Of a stretch of DNA of 64,000 nt, positions 1 through 9,817 are shown in pieces. The notes beneath the pieces were generated by a model. That model did no database searches. It was not told the origin of the DNA and saw only the letters and a program-made list of their open reading frames with translations. This DNA comes from an uncultured Planctomycetia bacterium (GTDB lineage: Bacteria; Omnitrophota; Gorgyraeia; 2-02-FULL-51-18): NCBI GenBank assembly GCA_964642015.1, contig CAZXLF010000001.1, positions 181,541-245,540 on the forward strand, given 5' to 3'. A program made the translations under genes and the position numbers. Each line of letters opens with the position of its first letter. Position 1 is the first letter of the stretch.

Positions 1-198
1 TATATTGAACATCGTGATATGCAAAAGGTGAATGATTTTGCTTTATCTATTCTTGTTGCCGTGCCGCTTTCATTGGCATTTTTTATTCCATTCATTGCTA
101 ATCGTTGGCTGAAATTAAATTTTGCTCTGACACTTACCTTGGGTATTTTTTGCATAGCCATCTCTTACGGCTTATCTTTTTGGTTCGCGAAAAAATAA
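1..198 (+). CDS. 3' part of a small membrane protein, DUF3147-like (partial)
   Basis: Hand translation of frame 1 gives YIEHRDMQKVNDFALSILVAVPLSLAFF...FWFAKK*, with two hydrophobic segments and a stop at 196-198. Confidence 0.55.
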   Translation, partial: YIEHRDMQKVNDFALSILVAVPLSLAFFIPFIANRWLKLNFALTLTLGIFCIAISYGLSFWFAKK

Positions 199-204
199 AT
201 CTTT

Positions 205-456
205 ATGACCGATAATAATGAAATCATAGAAATGCATCCGACCGAGGATGACCGCGGTGAATTACGTTATACGCAAGGTCGACCAACTAGAAAAGGCGGC
301 CTATTATCTGGTTGGATCGTCAAAATATTGGGCATCGCTCTCGGGTTCGCGATATTCCTAGTGCTCATTTTTTTCTTTGTTTATATCGTCCTTCCCCTTA
401 TCTTGATCGTTACTCTTTATTTGCTCATCAAAAATATTTTTAAAATACGCCGATAA
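205..456 (+). CDS. hypothetical membrane protein
   Basis: 83-aa ORF with a long hydrophobic C-terminal half. Confidence 0.65.
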   Translation: MTDNNEIIEMHPTEDDRGELRYTQGRPTRKGGLLSGWIVKILGIALGFAIFLVLIFFFVYIVLPLILIVTLYLLIKNIFKIRR

Positions 457-538
457 TTTGTTGCGACAGAAAAAATTTCGTGTTATAACTAATAATTAAT
501 AACATTTAATTAAACATCATAACAAAAGGTGAAAATCT

Positions 539-1561
539 ATGCCCATACAGCTTGAGTCTGCCAAGTCCAGAAAGACAGGAAGCTTACGACAAGATGAGGT
601 CATAAAAGAGTTCATCAAACATAATTTTCGCCATTTCAATGCGGCGGTGGTTGTCGATGCCGCGCAGGCGTATATCGACCATTTGGGAAAAGGCGGCAAG
701 ATGTTCATGACGCTCGCCGGAGCCATGAGCACGGCGGAACTTGGCATTTCACTGGCCGAGATGATCCGTCAGGACAAAGTGCACGGCATCTGCTCGACAG
801 GCGCAAATCTTGAAGAAGATATTTTTAATCTCGTGGCACATAGCCATTACCGCCGCGTACCGGGTTATCGGCATTTGAGCGCTCAGGAAGAGATCGAGCT
901 TTGCAAGCAGGGATTGAACCGCGTCACCGATACTTGCATCCCCGAAGAAGAGGCGATGCGGCGCATTGAGCGGCAGGTGCTGAAGTTCTGGCAGAAGGCC
1001 GATAAAGAGAATAAAAGATATTTTCCTTACGAATACATGTATCAGCTGATCCAAAGCGGCGTGATCAAGGAATTTTATGATATCGATCCGCAGGATTCTT
1101 GGGTCGTCGCGGCTTGTGAAAAAAATATCCCGATCTTCACGCCGGGCTGGGAAGACTCGACGTTGGGAAATATTTTCGTCGCCAATGTGATCCGCAAAGA
1201 TGTGTCCAGTTTCGGTGTGGTGAAATCCGGCGTCGAAGCAATGGCCGCACTGATCGATTGGTATAAAGCGAACACCAAGACACAGACGATAGGTTTTTTT
1301 CAGATCGGCGGAGGTATCGCCGGAGATTTTCCGATCTGTGTGGTCCCGCTGATCCAGCAGGATCTGAAAGAAAAATGCCGTTTGTGGGGTTATTTCTGCC
1401 AGATCTCGGACAGCACGACATCCTATGGTTCTTACAGCGGTGCGGTGCCGAACGAAAAGATCACATGGGGCAAACTGGATCCTGAAACGCCGCGCTTTGT
1501 GATCGAGTCGGACGCGTCGATCGTCGCGCCGCTCATTTTTTCATACGTTCTTGCAAAGTAA
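539..1561 (+). CDS. deoxyhypusine synthase-like protein (probable homospermidine synthase)
   Basis: Motifs TLAGAMSTAELG, STGANLEED, IGGGIAGDF, SYSGAVPNEKITWGK. Confidence 0.9.
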   Translation: MPIQLESAKSRKTGSLRQDEVIKEFIKHNFRHFNAAVVVDAAQAYIDHLGKGGKMFMTLAGAMSTAELGISLAEMIRQDKVHGICSTGANLEEDIFNLVAHSHYRRVPGYRHLSAQEEIELCKQGLNRVTDTCIPEEEAMRRIERQVLKFWQKADKENKRYFPYEYMYQLIQSGVIKEFYDIDPQDSWVVAACEKNIPIFTPGWEDSTLGNIFVANVIRKDVSSFGVVKSGVEAMAALIDWYKANTKTQTIGFFQIGGGIAGDFPICVVPLIQQDLKEKCRLWGYFCQISDSTTSYGSYSGAVPNEKITWGKLDPETPRFVIESDASIVAPLIFSYVLAK

Positions 1562-2333
1562 TACCACTATCTATCCTCGAAACAGAGTCCGCGAAGATAA
1601 TTTTTTTATCGACACCGATTTCCGCATCATCCATGAAGATGATGATATTCTCGTTGTTCGCAAACCCGCTCCGCTTGCGGTTCATCCTGTGGGAAGTTAT
1701 TCGGAGCTCAATCTCCATACGCTTTTAAAAAAAGATCCGCGCTGGGCTGATACGAAGATCCATTTCACGCACCGGCTGGACGCCGAAACGAGCGGGGTCA
1801 TTTTGATCGCAAAAACTTATGAAGCCGCAAGGTTCATCGGCAAGGAATTTTTAGCGGGCCGCATCAAGAAAAAATACCATGCGATCGCGTTCGGCGTAAT
1901 GGAACCGGAGGGCGTTATCGGGCTTCCTTTGGGTTATGACAAAAGTTCGGGGTTCCAAACGGTCAGGATCGTTGATCATGAGAACGGGGAAGCGGCAAGC
2001 ACGAGTTTCAAAACGCTTCATTCGAAAGGTGGTTATTCATTTGTGGAGCTAGAGCCTCACACGGGACGCACACACCAGATCCGCGCGCATCTTTCGTTTA
2101 TCGGACATCCGATAGTAGGTGACAAGATCTATATCGATCTGAATATCTTTTCGCAGTATGTGGTCCACGGATTAAATGACGAAATGCTTGAGCGGCTGAA
2201 GATGAAGCGCCTGGCATTGCACGCCTCGTCGCTGGGATTCATGCACCCTCGAACAAAGGAATGGATGATGCTGAATTCTAGTCTACCGGCCGACATGAAG
2301 GATTTTTTGGAAAAAATTGAGGCAGCAGATTGA
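1551..2333 (+). CDS. RluA-family pseudouridine synthase
   Basis: HRLDAETSG catalytic motif, TGRTHQIRAH, GHPIVGD. Confidence 0.92.
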   Translation: MQSNTTIYPRNRVREDNFFIDTDFRIIHEDDDILVVRKPAPLAVHPVGSYSELNLHTLLKKDPRWADTKIHFTHRLDAETSGVILIAKTYEAARFIGKEFLAGRIKKKYHAIAFGVMEPEGVIGLPLGYDKSSGFQTVRIVDHENGEAASTSFKTLHSKGGYSFVELEPHTGRTHQIRAHLSFIGHPIVGDKIYIDLNIFSQYVVHGLNDEMLERLKMKRLALHASSLGFMHPRTKEWMMLNSSLPADMKDFLEKIEAAD

Positions 2334-3352
2334 GGAAGACCGAAAAACAAATATCCGACCTTAAGAAGAATCTGATAGAGCTTGTGCAGAGTGAGTATCC
2401 CAGATTTTCGGAAAATGATATTTATCAGGATATGCTTTTCAATATCGCTCAGCTTAAAGATGAAAAATTGGATATTTTGGAACTGCGTCTTTTGAACACG
2501 GCTTTCAAAGAATTGCGTTACGCGATGAAAATATTCAAACCCTACCGCTCGGTTCCAAAAGCGGCTGTTTTCGGTTCGGCGCGTACTCCGCGCAACCATC
2601 CCGATTTCAAATTCGCCGAAAAATTCGGCAAGAAACTAGCCAAAAAAGGATGGATGCTGATCACTGGCGGCGCCAGCGGTATTATGGAAGCTGCGATGAT
2701 CGGTGCGGGCGTCGAAAATAGCTTCGGCCTGAACATCATGCTTCCATTCGAGCAGGACGCAAATCCGGTGATCAAGGGAAATCAGAAACTGATCTTCTTC
2801 AAATATTTTTTTACAAGAAAATTGATGTTCCTTAAAGAATCGGAGGCGACGGTGCTTTTTCCGGGAGGCTTCGGAACTTTCGATGAAGGTTTTGAATCTT
2901 TCACATTGGTGCAGACTGGAAAAGCCAAACCGCGGCCTTTAGTGCTGATGGATACACCGGGCAGCGCTTTTTGGCGATCGACGCTCAAGCTTTTTAAATC
3001 CAACATGGAGAACGCAGGCCTTATCTCGAAGGGTGATTTGCAGCTTATGAAGCATTTGCAGGATGCCGATCAGGCTGTGGATGAGATCTTGAGATTTTAC
3101 GGCAACTATCACTCCTCAAGATTTTTCAAAGACCGGTATCTTATCCGCCTAAGAAAAAAACTCTCTGAAGAATCATTGAACAAAATGAACCGTGATTTTA
3201 AAAAGATGGTCGCTTTTGGAGATTTCGAGCGTTTGACCGATTTGACGGATGAAGACAATAAGGATCCGGACCTTGAGAGATTATTATTCAGCTTCGACCG
3301 CACCAGTTATAACCCCCTCCGCGCGCTGATCGACTACCTAAATACGCTTTAA
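2330..3352 (+). CDS. LOG family nucleotide phosphoribohydrolase (TIGR00730-like)
   Basis: VFGSART, ITGGASGIMEA, YFFTRK, PGGFGTFDE. Confidence 0.9.
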   Translation: MRKTEKQISDLKKNLIELVQSEYPRFSENDIYQDMLFNIAQLKDEKLDILELRLLNTAFKELRYAMKIFKPYRSVPKAAVFGSARTPRNHPDFKFAEKFGKKLAKKGWMLITGGASGIMEAAMIGAGVENSFGLNIMLPFEQDANPVIKGNQKLIFFKYFFTRKLMFLKESEATVLFPGGFGTFDEGFESFTLVQTGKAKPRPLVLMDTPGSAFWRSTLKLFKSNMENAGLISKGDLQLMKHLQDADQAVDEILRFYGNYHSSRFFKDRYLIRLRKKLSEESLNKMNRDFKKMVAFGDFERLTDLTDEDNKDPDLERLLFSFDRTSYNPLRALIDYLNTL

Positions 3353-3362
3353 GCACCTGGAC

Positions 3363-3391
3363 TTGACGGCAGAGCGGTCGTCTAGTATGCT
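3363..3391 (+). promoter_or_regulatory. sigma70-type promoter
   Basis: TTGACG-N17-TATGCT upstream of the OmpA-LysM gene; implies the real start is ATG 3446. Confidence 0.6.
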
Positions 3392-3445
3392 ATGGGCTTG
3401 AGTTTTATAATTCACATCGAACCACAAGCTTATCAAAGGTGCTTA

Positions 3446-4573
3446 ATGAAAACCCAAAAATCAGTCAAATACCAGCTTTTTGTTGCCTTGTTTCTCAGTT
3501 CTTTAACTTATTGCGCGTTTGCCCATGCCGATGCCGGAGTCACGGCTAGCGATGAGCAGCAGCAGCCCGTCCAATCCGCCCAGGCGTCGCAAACGGCTGA
3601 TACGGATACCCAAGACCATAAGGCGTTAGGCCAGTTTCCGCAGGCCGAAGTAACGCCCATCACAAATGCCGCGGTAGCCAATGCCGGAGCCAATCAAGCC
3701 GTAGTGACCGGCACCGAAAAAGCGCAGAACGCTTCGCTGGATTATCCGAAAGTAAAGACCGCCGAGGATGAGGAATTAGCGAAGAAATTCGCCTGGTGGC
3801 CTACCGATGCGAAACCGGGTCCGGTGAAGGATACCGAAAGAAGCGGATATTGGTGGTGGCCTCAGACTCCCGGGAAAGCGCGCCCGTGGGGCAATCAGGG
3901 CTACATCTATGTGCGCAAGATTATTTTCGATTACAAGACGACCGAAGGCGAGATGAAGCCTTCGCTGATCGTGAAACGCGTGTTGAAGAATGTGAAAATC
4001 TATTTTGATTATGACAAATCGGTGCTTAGAGATGACGGCATTGACGCACTCTCCAAGGCGCTTTACACGCTTGAACACAATCCTAAGGCGGATATTCTAA
4101 TCACCGGTAATTGCGATGTGCGCGGTTCTGAGAAATACAATGAGAAATTAGGCGAGCGCCGAGCGTTGGCCGTACGTGATTATGTGCTTCAACATGGTCT
4201 TTCGGCGGATCGCGTGAAGATATTAAGCCGCGGCAAGCTGGATGCGATGGCGCCAACGAATGACATTGTGGGCATGCAAAAGGACCGCAATGCTCAGTTC
4301 ATGGTCGCCGAAGTCGAAGAGGTCATGATCCCGGCTGCGCAGGCGAATCTTTATCAGGATAAAGTGATCGAAGAAAAGAAGATCATTGAAGGCGATATAA
4401 AGGTTGCAACCAAAGAATACACGATTCAAGCCGGAGATACGCTCTGGGCGATCGCGCAGCGCGAGTACGGCAACGGTAAACAGTGGAAGAGGATCTACGA
4501 ATTCAATAAGGATGTGATCAAGAATCCTGATCGCCCGAGAAAAGGCACGACGATCAAGATACCGATCGAATAA
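3446..4573 (+). CDS. exported OmpA-like + LysM peptidoglycan-binding protein
   Basis: Signal peptide; OmpA_C motif IYFDYDKS...[20 protein letters not shown]; C-terminal Lys[17 protein letters not shown] track start is 3392. Confidence 0.88.
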   Translation: MKTQKSVKYQLFVALFLSSLTYCAFAHADAGVTASDEQQQPVQSAQASQTADTDTQDHKALGQFPQAEVTPITNAAVANAGANQAVVTGTEKAQNASLDYPKVKTAEDEELAKKFAWWPTDAKPGPVKDTERSGYWWWPQTPGKARPWGNQGYIYVRKIIFDYKTTEGEMKPSLIVKRVLKNVKIYFDYDKSVLRDDGIDALSKALYTLEHNPKADILITGNCDVRGSEKYNEKLGERRALAVRDYVLQHGLSADRVKILSRGKLDAMAPTNDIVGMQKDRNAQFMVAEVEEVMIPAAQANLYQDKVIEEKKIIEGDIKVATKEYTIQAGDTLWAIAQREYGNGKQWKRIYEFNKDVIKNPDRPRKGTTIKIPIE

Positions 4574-4598
4574 ATTTTTCAGCAAGGAGGATGATTTT

Positions 4599-5300
4599 AT
4601 GGAACAGCAGCGGACCGTTATCGGCTCAAGAGGCCAGGTTTCAGAGTCGAATTTTATTTCCAATGTCTATTGGTGGATGTCGATAGGCCTCGGAGTATCG
4701 GCGTTGGCGTCTTATTGGCTCATGATGCAGCCGGAACTTTTAAGGGCTCTTTTCTCAAACTCATTGCTCCTCATCGGCTTGGTCATTGCGGAAGTCGCTC
4801 TAGTTATTTGGCTGTCCGCTGCGGCGATGCGCATGAGCGTATCGCTTGCGACCACGATCTTTCTGATCTACTCGTTCCTTAACGGCATCACGCTCACTTC
4901 TATTTTTCTTGTTTATACGGGTGTTTCGGTAATATCGACGTTTGCGGTCACAGCCGGCACTTTCTTTTTCTTCAGTGTTTACGGTATGACGACAAAGAAG
5001 GATCTTACTTCTATCGGCGGTCTCATGATGATGGGGCTTATCGGCATGATCATTGCTGGGATCGTCAATATTTTCCTGAAGAGCACCGTGCTTTATTGGA
5101 TCAGCACATTTGTGGGGATCGCCGTATTTTTGGGGCTGATCGCCTGGGATACCCAAAAATTAAAGAGTATTCATGCGATGGGTTTTGAAAGCGTCGAGAT
5201 GCAGAAAAGAGTGGCCATTTTAGGCGCATTAACGCTGTATCTTGATTTTATCAATCTCTTTATTTTGCTTCTTCGTATCTTCGGAAGGAGAAGGGATTAA
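4599..5300 (+). CDS. Bax inhibitor-1/YccA family membrane protein
   Basis: About 7 TM segments, AWDTQKLK, ALTLYLDFINLF. Confidence 0.92.
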   Translation: MEQQRTVIGSRGQVSESNFISNVYWWMSIGLGVSALASYWLMMQPELLRALFSNSLLLIGLVIAEVALVIWLSAAAMRMSVSLATTIFLIYSFLNGITLTSIFLVYTGVSVISTFAVTAGTFFFFSVYGMTTKKDLTSIGGLMMMGLIGMIIAGIVNIFLKSTVLYWISTFVGIAVFLGLIAWDTQKLKSIHAMGFESVEMQKRVAILGALTLYLDFINLFILLLRIFGRRRD

Positions 5301-5330
5301 TTCAGTCGCAAGATAACAAAATGGTTCTAT

Positions 5331-5359
5331 AAAAGGGAGTCTAGCCAGACTCCCTTTTT
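5331..5359 (+). terminator. intrinsic terminator
   Basis: AAAAGGGAGTCT-AGCC-AGACTCCCTTTTT hairpin with T tail. Confidence 0.8.
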
Positions 5360-5393
5360 GTTGGACAAACAATCGAACTAGAAAAGGATTTGT

Positions 5394-6008
5394 ATGTCGA
5401 TTTTGGTTTTGGTGCGTCATGGGGAATCGCAGTGGAATCTTGAGAACCGTTTCACGGGCTGGGTGGATGTTCCGTTATCGGAGAAAGGGGTGCAGGAAGC
5501 CAAAGCGGCCGGTGAGAAAATAAAAAAAGAAAAGCTTCATTTTGACAAAGCTTACACTTCCAATCTTCAGCGTGCGCAGAATACGCTGAAACTTATTTTG
5601 GAAGTACTAGGGCAAACAAATATACCCGTCGAGAAAGATCAAGCGCTTAATGAACGTCATTATGGGGATCTTCAAGGCCTGAACAAGGCCGAAACTGCCT
5701 TAAAATTCGGGGATGAGCAGGTCAAGATATGGAGACGGTCCTATGACATTGCTCCGCCGAAAGGTGAAAGTCTCAAAGATACAGCGGCAAGGACATTGCC
5801 ATATTTTGAATCTAAGATCATGAAAGATCTAAAGTCCGGTAAGAACATTATTGTTGCCGCGCACGGAAATAGTCTGCGTTCGATCGTTATGAATTTAGAC
5901 AAACTTACCAAAGAACAGGTGCTCGAGCTTAATTTAGGTACTGGTGTTCCCATCGTTTATCAATTTGATAATAATCTTAAGATCACTTCAAAAAAATTGC
6001 TCCAATAA
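5394..6008 (+). CDS. gpmA: 2,3-bisphosphoglycerate-dependent phosphoglycerate mutase
   Basis: [36 protein letters not shown]. Confidence 0.95.
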   Translation: MSILVLVRHGESQWNLENRFTGWVDVPLSEKGVQEAKAAGEKIKKEKLHFDKAYTSNLQRAQNTLKLILEVLGQTNIPVEKDQALNERHYGDLQGLNKAETALKFGDEQVKIWRRSYDIAPPKGESLKDTAARTLPYFESKIMKDLKSGKNIIVAAHGNSLRSIVMNLDKLTKEQVLELNLGTGVPIVYQFDNNLKITSKKLLQ

Positions 6009-6130
6009 TTTCTATTCTGTTAATAGTATATAAATTTGAATTGATACTAGAAACTTGACATAATAGCTTCTTTTTTGTTAATTTATTAACAAATAGTTAT
6101 ATATTGTTAAAATGAGAAAGGGGGTCAGCC

Positions 6131-6808
6131 GTGGACTGGCAAACAACCATAGTGGAGCCTGTTGAATCGATGTGGAGCCGTGTGCTCGGCTTTTTGCCAA
6201 CTTTGGTCAGTGTCATTGTTATTCTGATCGTAGGTTGGATGATCTCAACTTTAATTCAGAAAATAATCACCCGGTTCCTGAAATTGGCGCGTTTTGATAC
6301 GATCAGCGAAAAAACGGGCATCGCCAATATTTTAGCGAAGGGTGACATCAATTATACATTGTCGGAGATCGTCGGCGTCATTATTTATTGGCTAATGATG
6401 CTGGTAGTCGTTCTGATGGCGGTGAATACGCTTCAGCTTACGGTTGCGGCGGAACTTTTGAATCGCGTGATCCTTTATATCCCGAACGTGATCGCCAGTG
6501 TGTTCATTCTGGTTTTGGGAATATTCTTTGCAAGCGTTGTCGCGAATACCGTGCGGACCACTGCGGCGACTGCTGGAATGCAGCAGGCCCGGTCATTGGG
6601 TCAGACGACGCAGATCGTGATAGCGATATTCGTTTTTCTTCAAGCTTTGAAACAGTTGAAGATCGATACCTCGCTGATTGACCTTTTTGTCAAGGCGGTT
6701 TTGGCGGCCTTAGCACTTGGTGTCGGTCTTGCGATCGGACTCGGCTGCAAAGATCTTGCGGGCAAATACGTCAATCAGCTGGTGGATAGTTTCAAATCTA
6801 AAAGATAA
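6131..6808 (+). CDS. CmpX-like / MscS transmembrane-repeat protein
   Basis: Two repeats of the FLPTLVSVIVIL / YIPNVIASVFIL type, ending LAIGLGCKD. Confidence 0.75.
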   Translation: MDWQTTIVEPVESMWSRVLGFLPTLVSVIVILIVGWMISTLIQKIITRFLKLARFDTISEKTGIANILAKGDINYTLSEIVGVIIYWLMMLVVVLMAVNTLQLTVAAELLNRVILYIPNVIASVFILVLGIFFASVVANTVRTTAATAGMQQARSLGQTTQIVIAIFVFLQALKQLKIDTSLIDLFVKAVLAALALGVGLAIGLGCKDLAGKYVNQLVDSFKSKR

Positions 6809-6832
6809 TTATTTACAACGAAACATTGTTAT

Positions 6833-6863
6833 AAAAGAGGCAGGGAAATCCCTGCCTCTTTTT
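6833..6863 (+). terminator. intrinsic terminator
   Basis: AAAAGAGGCAGGGA-AA-TCCCTGCCTCTTTTT. Confidence 0.85.
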
Positions 6864-6909
6864 AATTTTTCTTTGTGGTTGTCAACGGCTTTGTGTTATA
6901 TTCAAAACT

Positions 6910-7461
6910 ATGCGAAAAAGATTTTCGGTTCTATTTTTCTTTTTCTTGATGACCGGTTGCAGTTCTTACGGTCCCGAAGAGCTTGACCGGCTGGTCAAAG
7001 AAGACCCTGCTTTCAAACAGATGATCGTTACCCGCGACCAAATGCATGCCCAAATCCGCGGAATAAAAGATAATCTTCTAGAAAAAAAGAAGATCGTGGA
7101 TTCTCAGATCGATAAACTTCGCTTGCAATACGACGCGATGGCAAAATTCGAGAATCAGAAAATAGAGAAATGCCAGGCTGCCATCGATGCGGACAGGTCT
7201 TTGTTGAAACATCAGATAGAAATAGCCGAGTCTCGCTTACAATCCAAGAGAACCGAGTTCGAAGGATATCGCAAAACGCTTACGGATGTGCAAAATGTGC
7301 TGAAAGAAAGCAAGGGGATCACTTTTTCGGCCCAGGAGAAACAGAAATGGCAGGAGAAAGTGTTGCTTTTGTCCGAAAAGATAAGGCCGCTTCAGGAAGA
7401 AATCGAAGACCTCGCTTTACAAATCCGTTTAATGAAAAGAAAAGTAACTTACCTTCGCTAA
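6910..7461 (+). CDS. hypothetical coiled-coil lipoprotein
   Basis: Lipobox-like LMTGC after a hydrophobic stretch; heptad-rich body. Confidence 0.7.
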   Translation: MRKRFSVLFFFFLMTGCSSYGPEELDRLVKEDPAFKQMIVTRDQMHAQIRGIKDNLLEKKKIVDSQIDKLRLQYDAMAKFENQKIEKCQAAIDADRSLLKHQIEIAESRLQSKRTEFEGYRKTLTDVQNVLKESKGITFSAQEKQKWQEKVLLLSEKIRPLQEEIEDLALQIRLMKRKVTYLR

Positions 7462-7467
7462 TTAGGG

Positions 7468-9051
7468 TTGATCGTGTCAGCCAAAGATTCGCTATTTTCC
7501 GATTTTAAACGTTCTTTAAAACCAGACCGGTTATTTCCCGTTGTCAGACGCATCGATCGTTTTTATGATCCGCTTGGGTTGTACCGAGTCTTGCGTGCCG
7601 ATCGAACGCCTAGTGTTTTACTTGAAAGCGCTAGGTTTTCCCCCCGAACTGGGCGCTATTCTATCATCGGAAGGGATCCTTTTCTTGCTCTGGAAGCCCG
7701 CAGGTCAGAAATTATTTTAAGTTCTTACGGTCAGAAGGAAACGTTTTACGGCGATCCATTTAAGATCATCGGACGAATTTTGGGTCTTTTTCAGTCGAAT
7801 CCGTCAAGATCGGAGCTTCCTTATACCGGCGGGGCCGTCGGGTATTTTGGTTATGAAGCGAAGGACTATCTTGGGTTTCGATCAACCCAAAATAAGGAAC
7901 GCGAATCGCGGTGGCCTGATATCTATCTGGCGTTTTTCAATGAGGGTGTTGTGCTTGATCATTATTTGAAGGCTACTTTTTTGTTTACAAATATCAAACC
8001 GGGTAAAAATCCAAAAAAAAATTATGATCGCGCTATCAGCAGTCTCCATCGCCTAGAGAAAGATCTAGAGACGAATTCGAGATCAACGAGCATATCGAAG
8101 CATCCTTCAGGCGCTCCGCAGAAATCCGCATCTCGTTTGAATTTTTCTTCTGAGCGGCGCATCGGTCCCGAGGATCATTTTCAGCTTGAAGCTTCTATGA
8201 GCCGCGAGGAATTCATCCGGAAAGTAAAAAGGATCAAGCATCATATCCGTCGAGGGGACATTTATCAGGCCAATCTTTCACAGAGATTTAGTTTTTCAAT
8301 CCAAGACGATCCTTTGGATCTTTATGAGAAATTGAGGGCGGTGAATCCTTCACCTTTTTTCGGGTTCTTGGATGCCGTCGATTTCCAAATTGTTTCCGGC
8401 TCTCCGGAAAGACTGGTAAAGCTGGGGAACGGGACGCTTGAAACCAGGCCGATCGCCGGCACGCGTGCGCGCGGCGTCAATGAAAAGGAAGATAAGGCAC
8501 TTTCGATGGAATTGCTTTTGAATCACAAAGAAAGGGCCGAACACATCATGCTAGTGGACCTCGAGCGCAACGATCTTGGCAGAGTGTCTGACTACGGCAG
8601 TGTTTGTGTGGATGAATTGATGACAGTAGAGAACTATTCGCATGTGAAGCACATCGTGTCCAATGTCCGCGGCACCCTGAGAAAGGATCTGGATGCTGTG
8701 GATGCCCTGAAAGCTTTTTTCCCAGGAGGCACGATAACCGGAGTTCCGAAAATAAGATGCATGCAGATCCTGGATGAGCTTGAACCAGTCGAGCGCGGGC
8801 CTTATACCGGTTCTTTGGGATATTTCAGTTTTTCGGGTAATATGGATTTTAACATTATCATCCGCAGCTTGACCGTAAAGGCAGGCATCGCCTATCTACA
8901 GGTTGGCGCAGGCATTGTTGCGGATTCTGTTGCTTCAAAAGAATATGAAGAGACCCTTTATAAAGCAGAAGCTCTTCTCACAGCGGTCTTCGGCAAAAAA
9001 AATACACGCGTTTTCCTCAAAAAGCGCGGAGCTACCCACAGAGTTCCTTGA
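7468..9051 (+). CDS. pabB: chorismate-binding enzyme, aminodeoxychorismate synthase I / anthranilate synthase I family
   Basis: LLESA, GDIYQANLSQ, SPERL, RPIAGT, AEHIMLVDLERNDLGRV, FPGGTITGVPK; a class IV aminotransferase and folC lie nearby. Confidence 0.8.
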   Translation: MIVSAKDSLFSDFKRSLKPDRLFPVVRRIDRFYDPLGLYRVLRADRTPSVLLESARFSPRTGRYSIIGRDPFLALEARRSEIILSSYGQKETFYGDPFKIIGRILGLFQSNPSRSELPYTGGAVGYFGYEAKDYLGFRSTQNKERESRWPDIYLAFFNEGVVLDHYLKATFLFTNIKPGKNPKKNYDRAISSLHRLEKDLETNSRSTSISKHPSGAPQKSASRLNFSSERRIGPEDHFQLEASMSREEFIRKVKRIKHHIRRGDIYQANLSQRFSFSIQDDPLDLYEKLRAVNPSPFFGFLDAVDFQIVSGSPERLVKLGNGTLETRPIAGTRARGVNEKEDKALSMELLLNHKERAEHIMLVDLERNDLGRVSDYGSVCVDELMTVENYSHVKHIVSNVRGTLRKDLDAVDALKAFFPGGTITGVPKIRCMQILDELEPVERGPYTGSLGYFSFSGNMDFNIIIRSLTVKAGIAYLQVGAGIVADSVASKEYEETLYKAEALLTAVFGKKNTRVFLKKRGATHRVP

Positions 9052-9817
9052 TCAAGTCTCGGTATTCGAGACGTTAAGGGCTTACGGTGGCGGAATTTTT
9101 TGGGCCAAGGAGCATTTGACGCGCTTCGAAAATTCTTGCAAAGGCATCGGAAGATCGCCTGTGTTCAAGAGGGACGAGCTGAAACGCTGGATTGGGACGT
9201 CGCTTAAGGAAAGCGCTTATTCTGACGCGATCGTGCGGGTTTCGGTTCATTGGAAAGACAATCTTGAAGGAAGGTTGTTGCTGACCATAAAAGAATTTTC
9301 GGGCCATCCACGGAAGTGGTACCGGGATGGAGTGCGATTGACGACGACAGCCGTAAAACGCTGGAGTCTCAGGGCGCAGGACCCCCAGAGCAAATCTTCC
9401 ATGTATATGAATGGTGTTCTGGCCGAGCTTGGCAAAGGCGATGATCCGCCCCATGAATTCATTTTCCTCAATGAAGCTGGTTATGTCGCCGAAGGTTCTG
9501 TCTCAAACCTTTTCATCGTGAAGGCAAAAAGAATTTTGACACCTGCGGTCAGTTCAGGTATTTTAAGGGGCGTTACCCGAGGCGCTGTGATCGCTTTGGC
9601 GCAAAAATCCCGCATTCCCGTGACCGAAACGTTCTTGACGCGGCATGATATTTACGGCGCGGATGAATGTTTTATCGCGAATACCTCCTCCGAAGTGCTT
9701 CCGGCAGTTCAAGTGGACGGCCGGCGGATCGGAGAAGGCAAGCCCGGAGAGATCACGAAAATTTTAGCGCAAGGTTTTAAGAAACTTGTTCAGGAAGAGA
9801 TAAAGAAAAGTAGATGA
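8945..9817 (+). CDS. class IV PLP aminotransferase (PabC/IlvE-like); start uncertain
   Basis: VFETLR, EHLTRF, AEGSVSNLF, ILRGVTR, ADECF. Confidence 0.85.
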   Translation: MKRPFIKQKLFSQRSSAKKIHAFSSKSAELPTEFLDQVSVFETLRAYGGGIFWAKEHLTRFENSCKGIGRSPVFKRDELKRWIGTSLKESAYSDAIVRVSVHWKDNLEGRLLLTIKEFSGHPRKWYRDGVRLTTTAVKRWSLRAQDPQSKSSMYMNGVLAELGKGDDPPHEFIFLNEAGYVAEGSVSNLFIVKAKRILTPAVSSGILRGVTRGAVIALAQKSRIPVTETFLTRHDIYGADECFIANTSSEVLPAVQVDGRRIGEGKPGEITKILAQGFKKLVQEEIKKSR

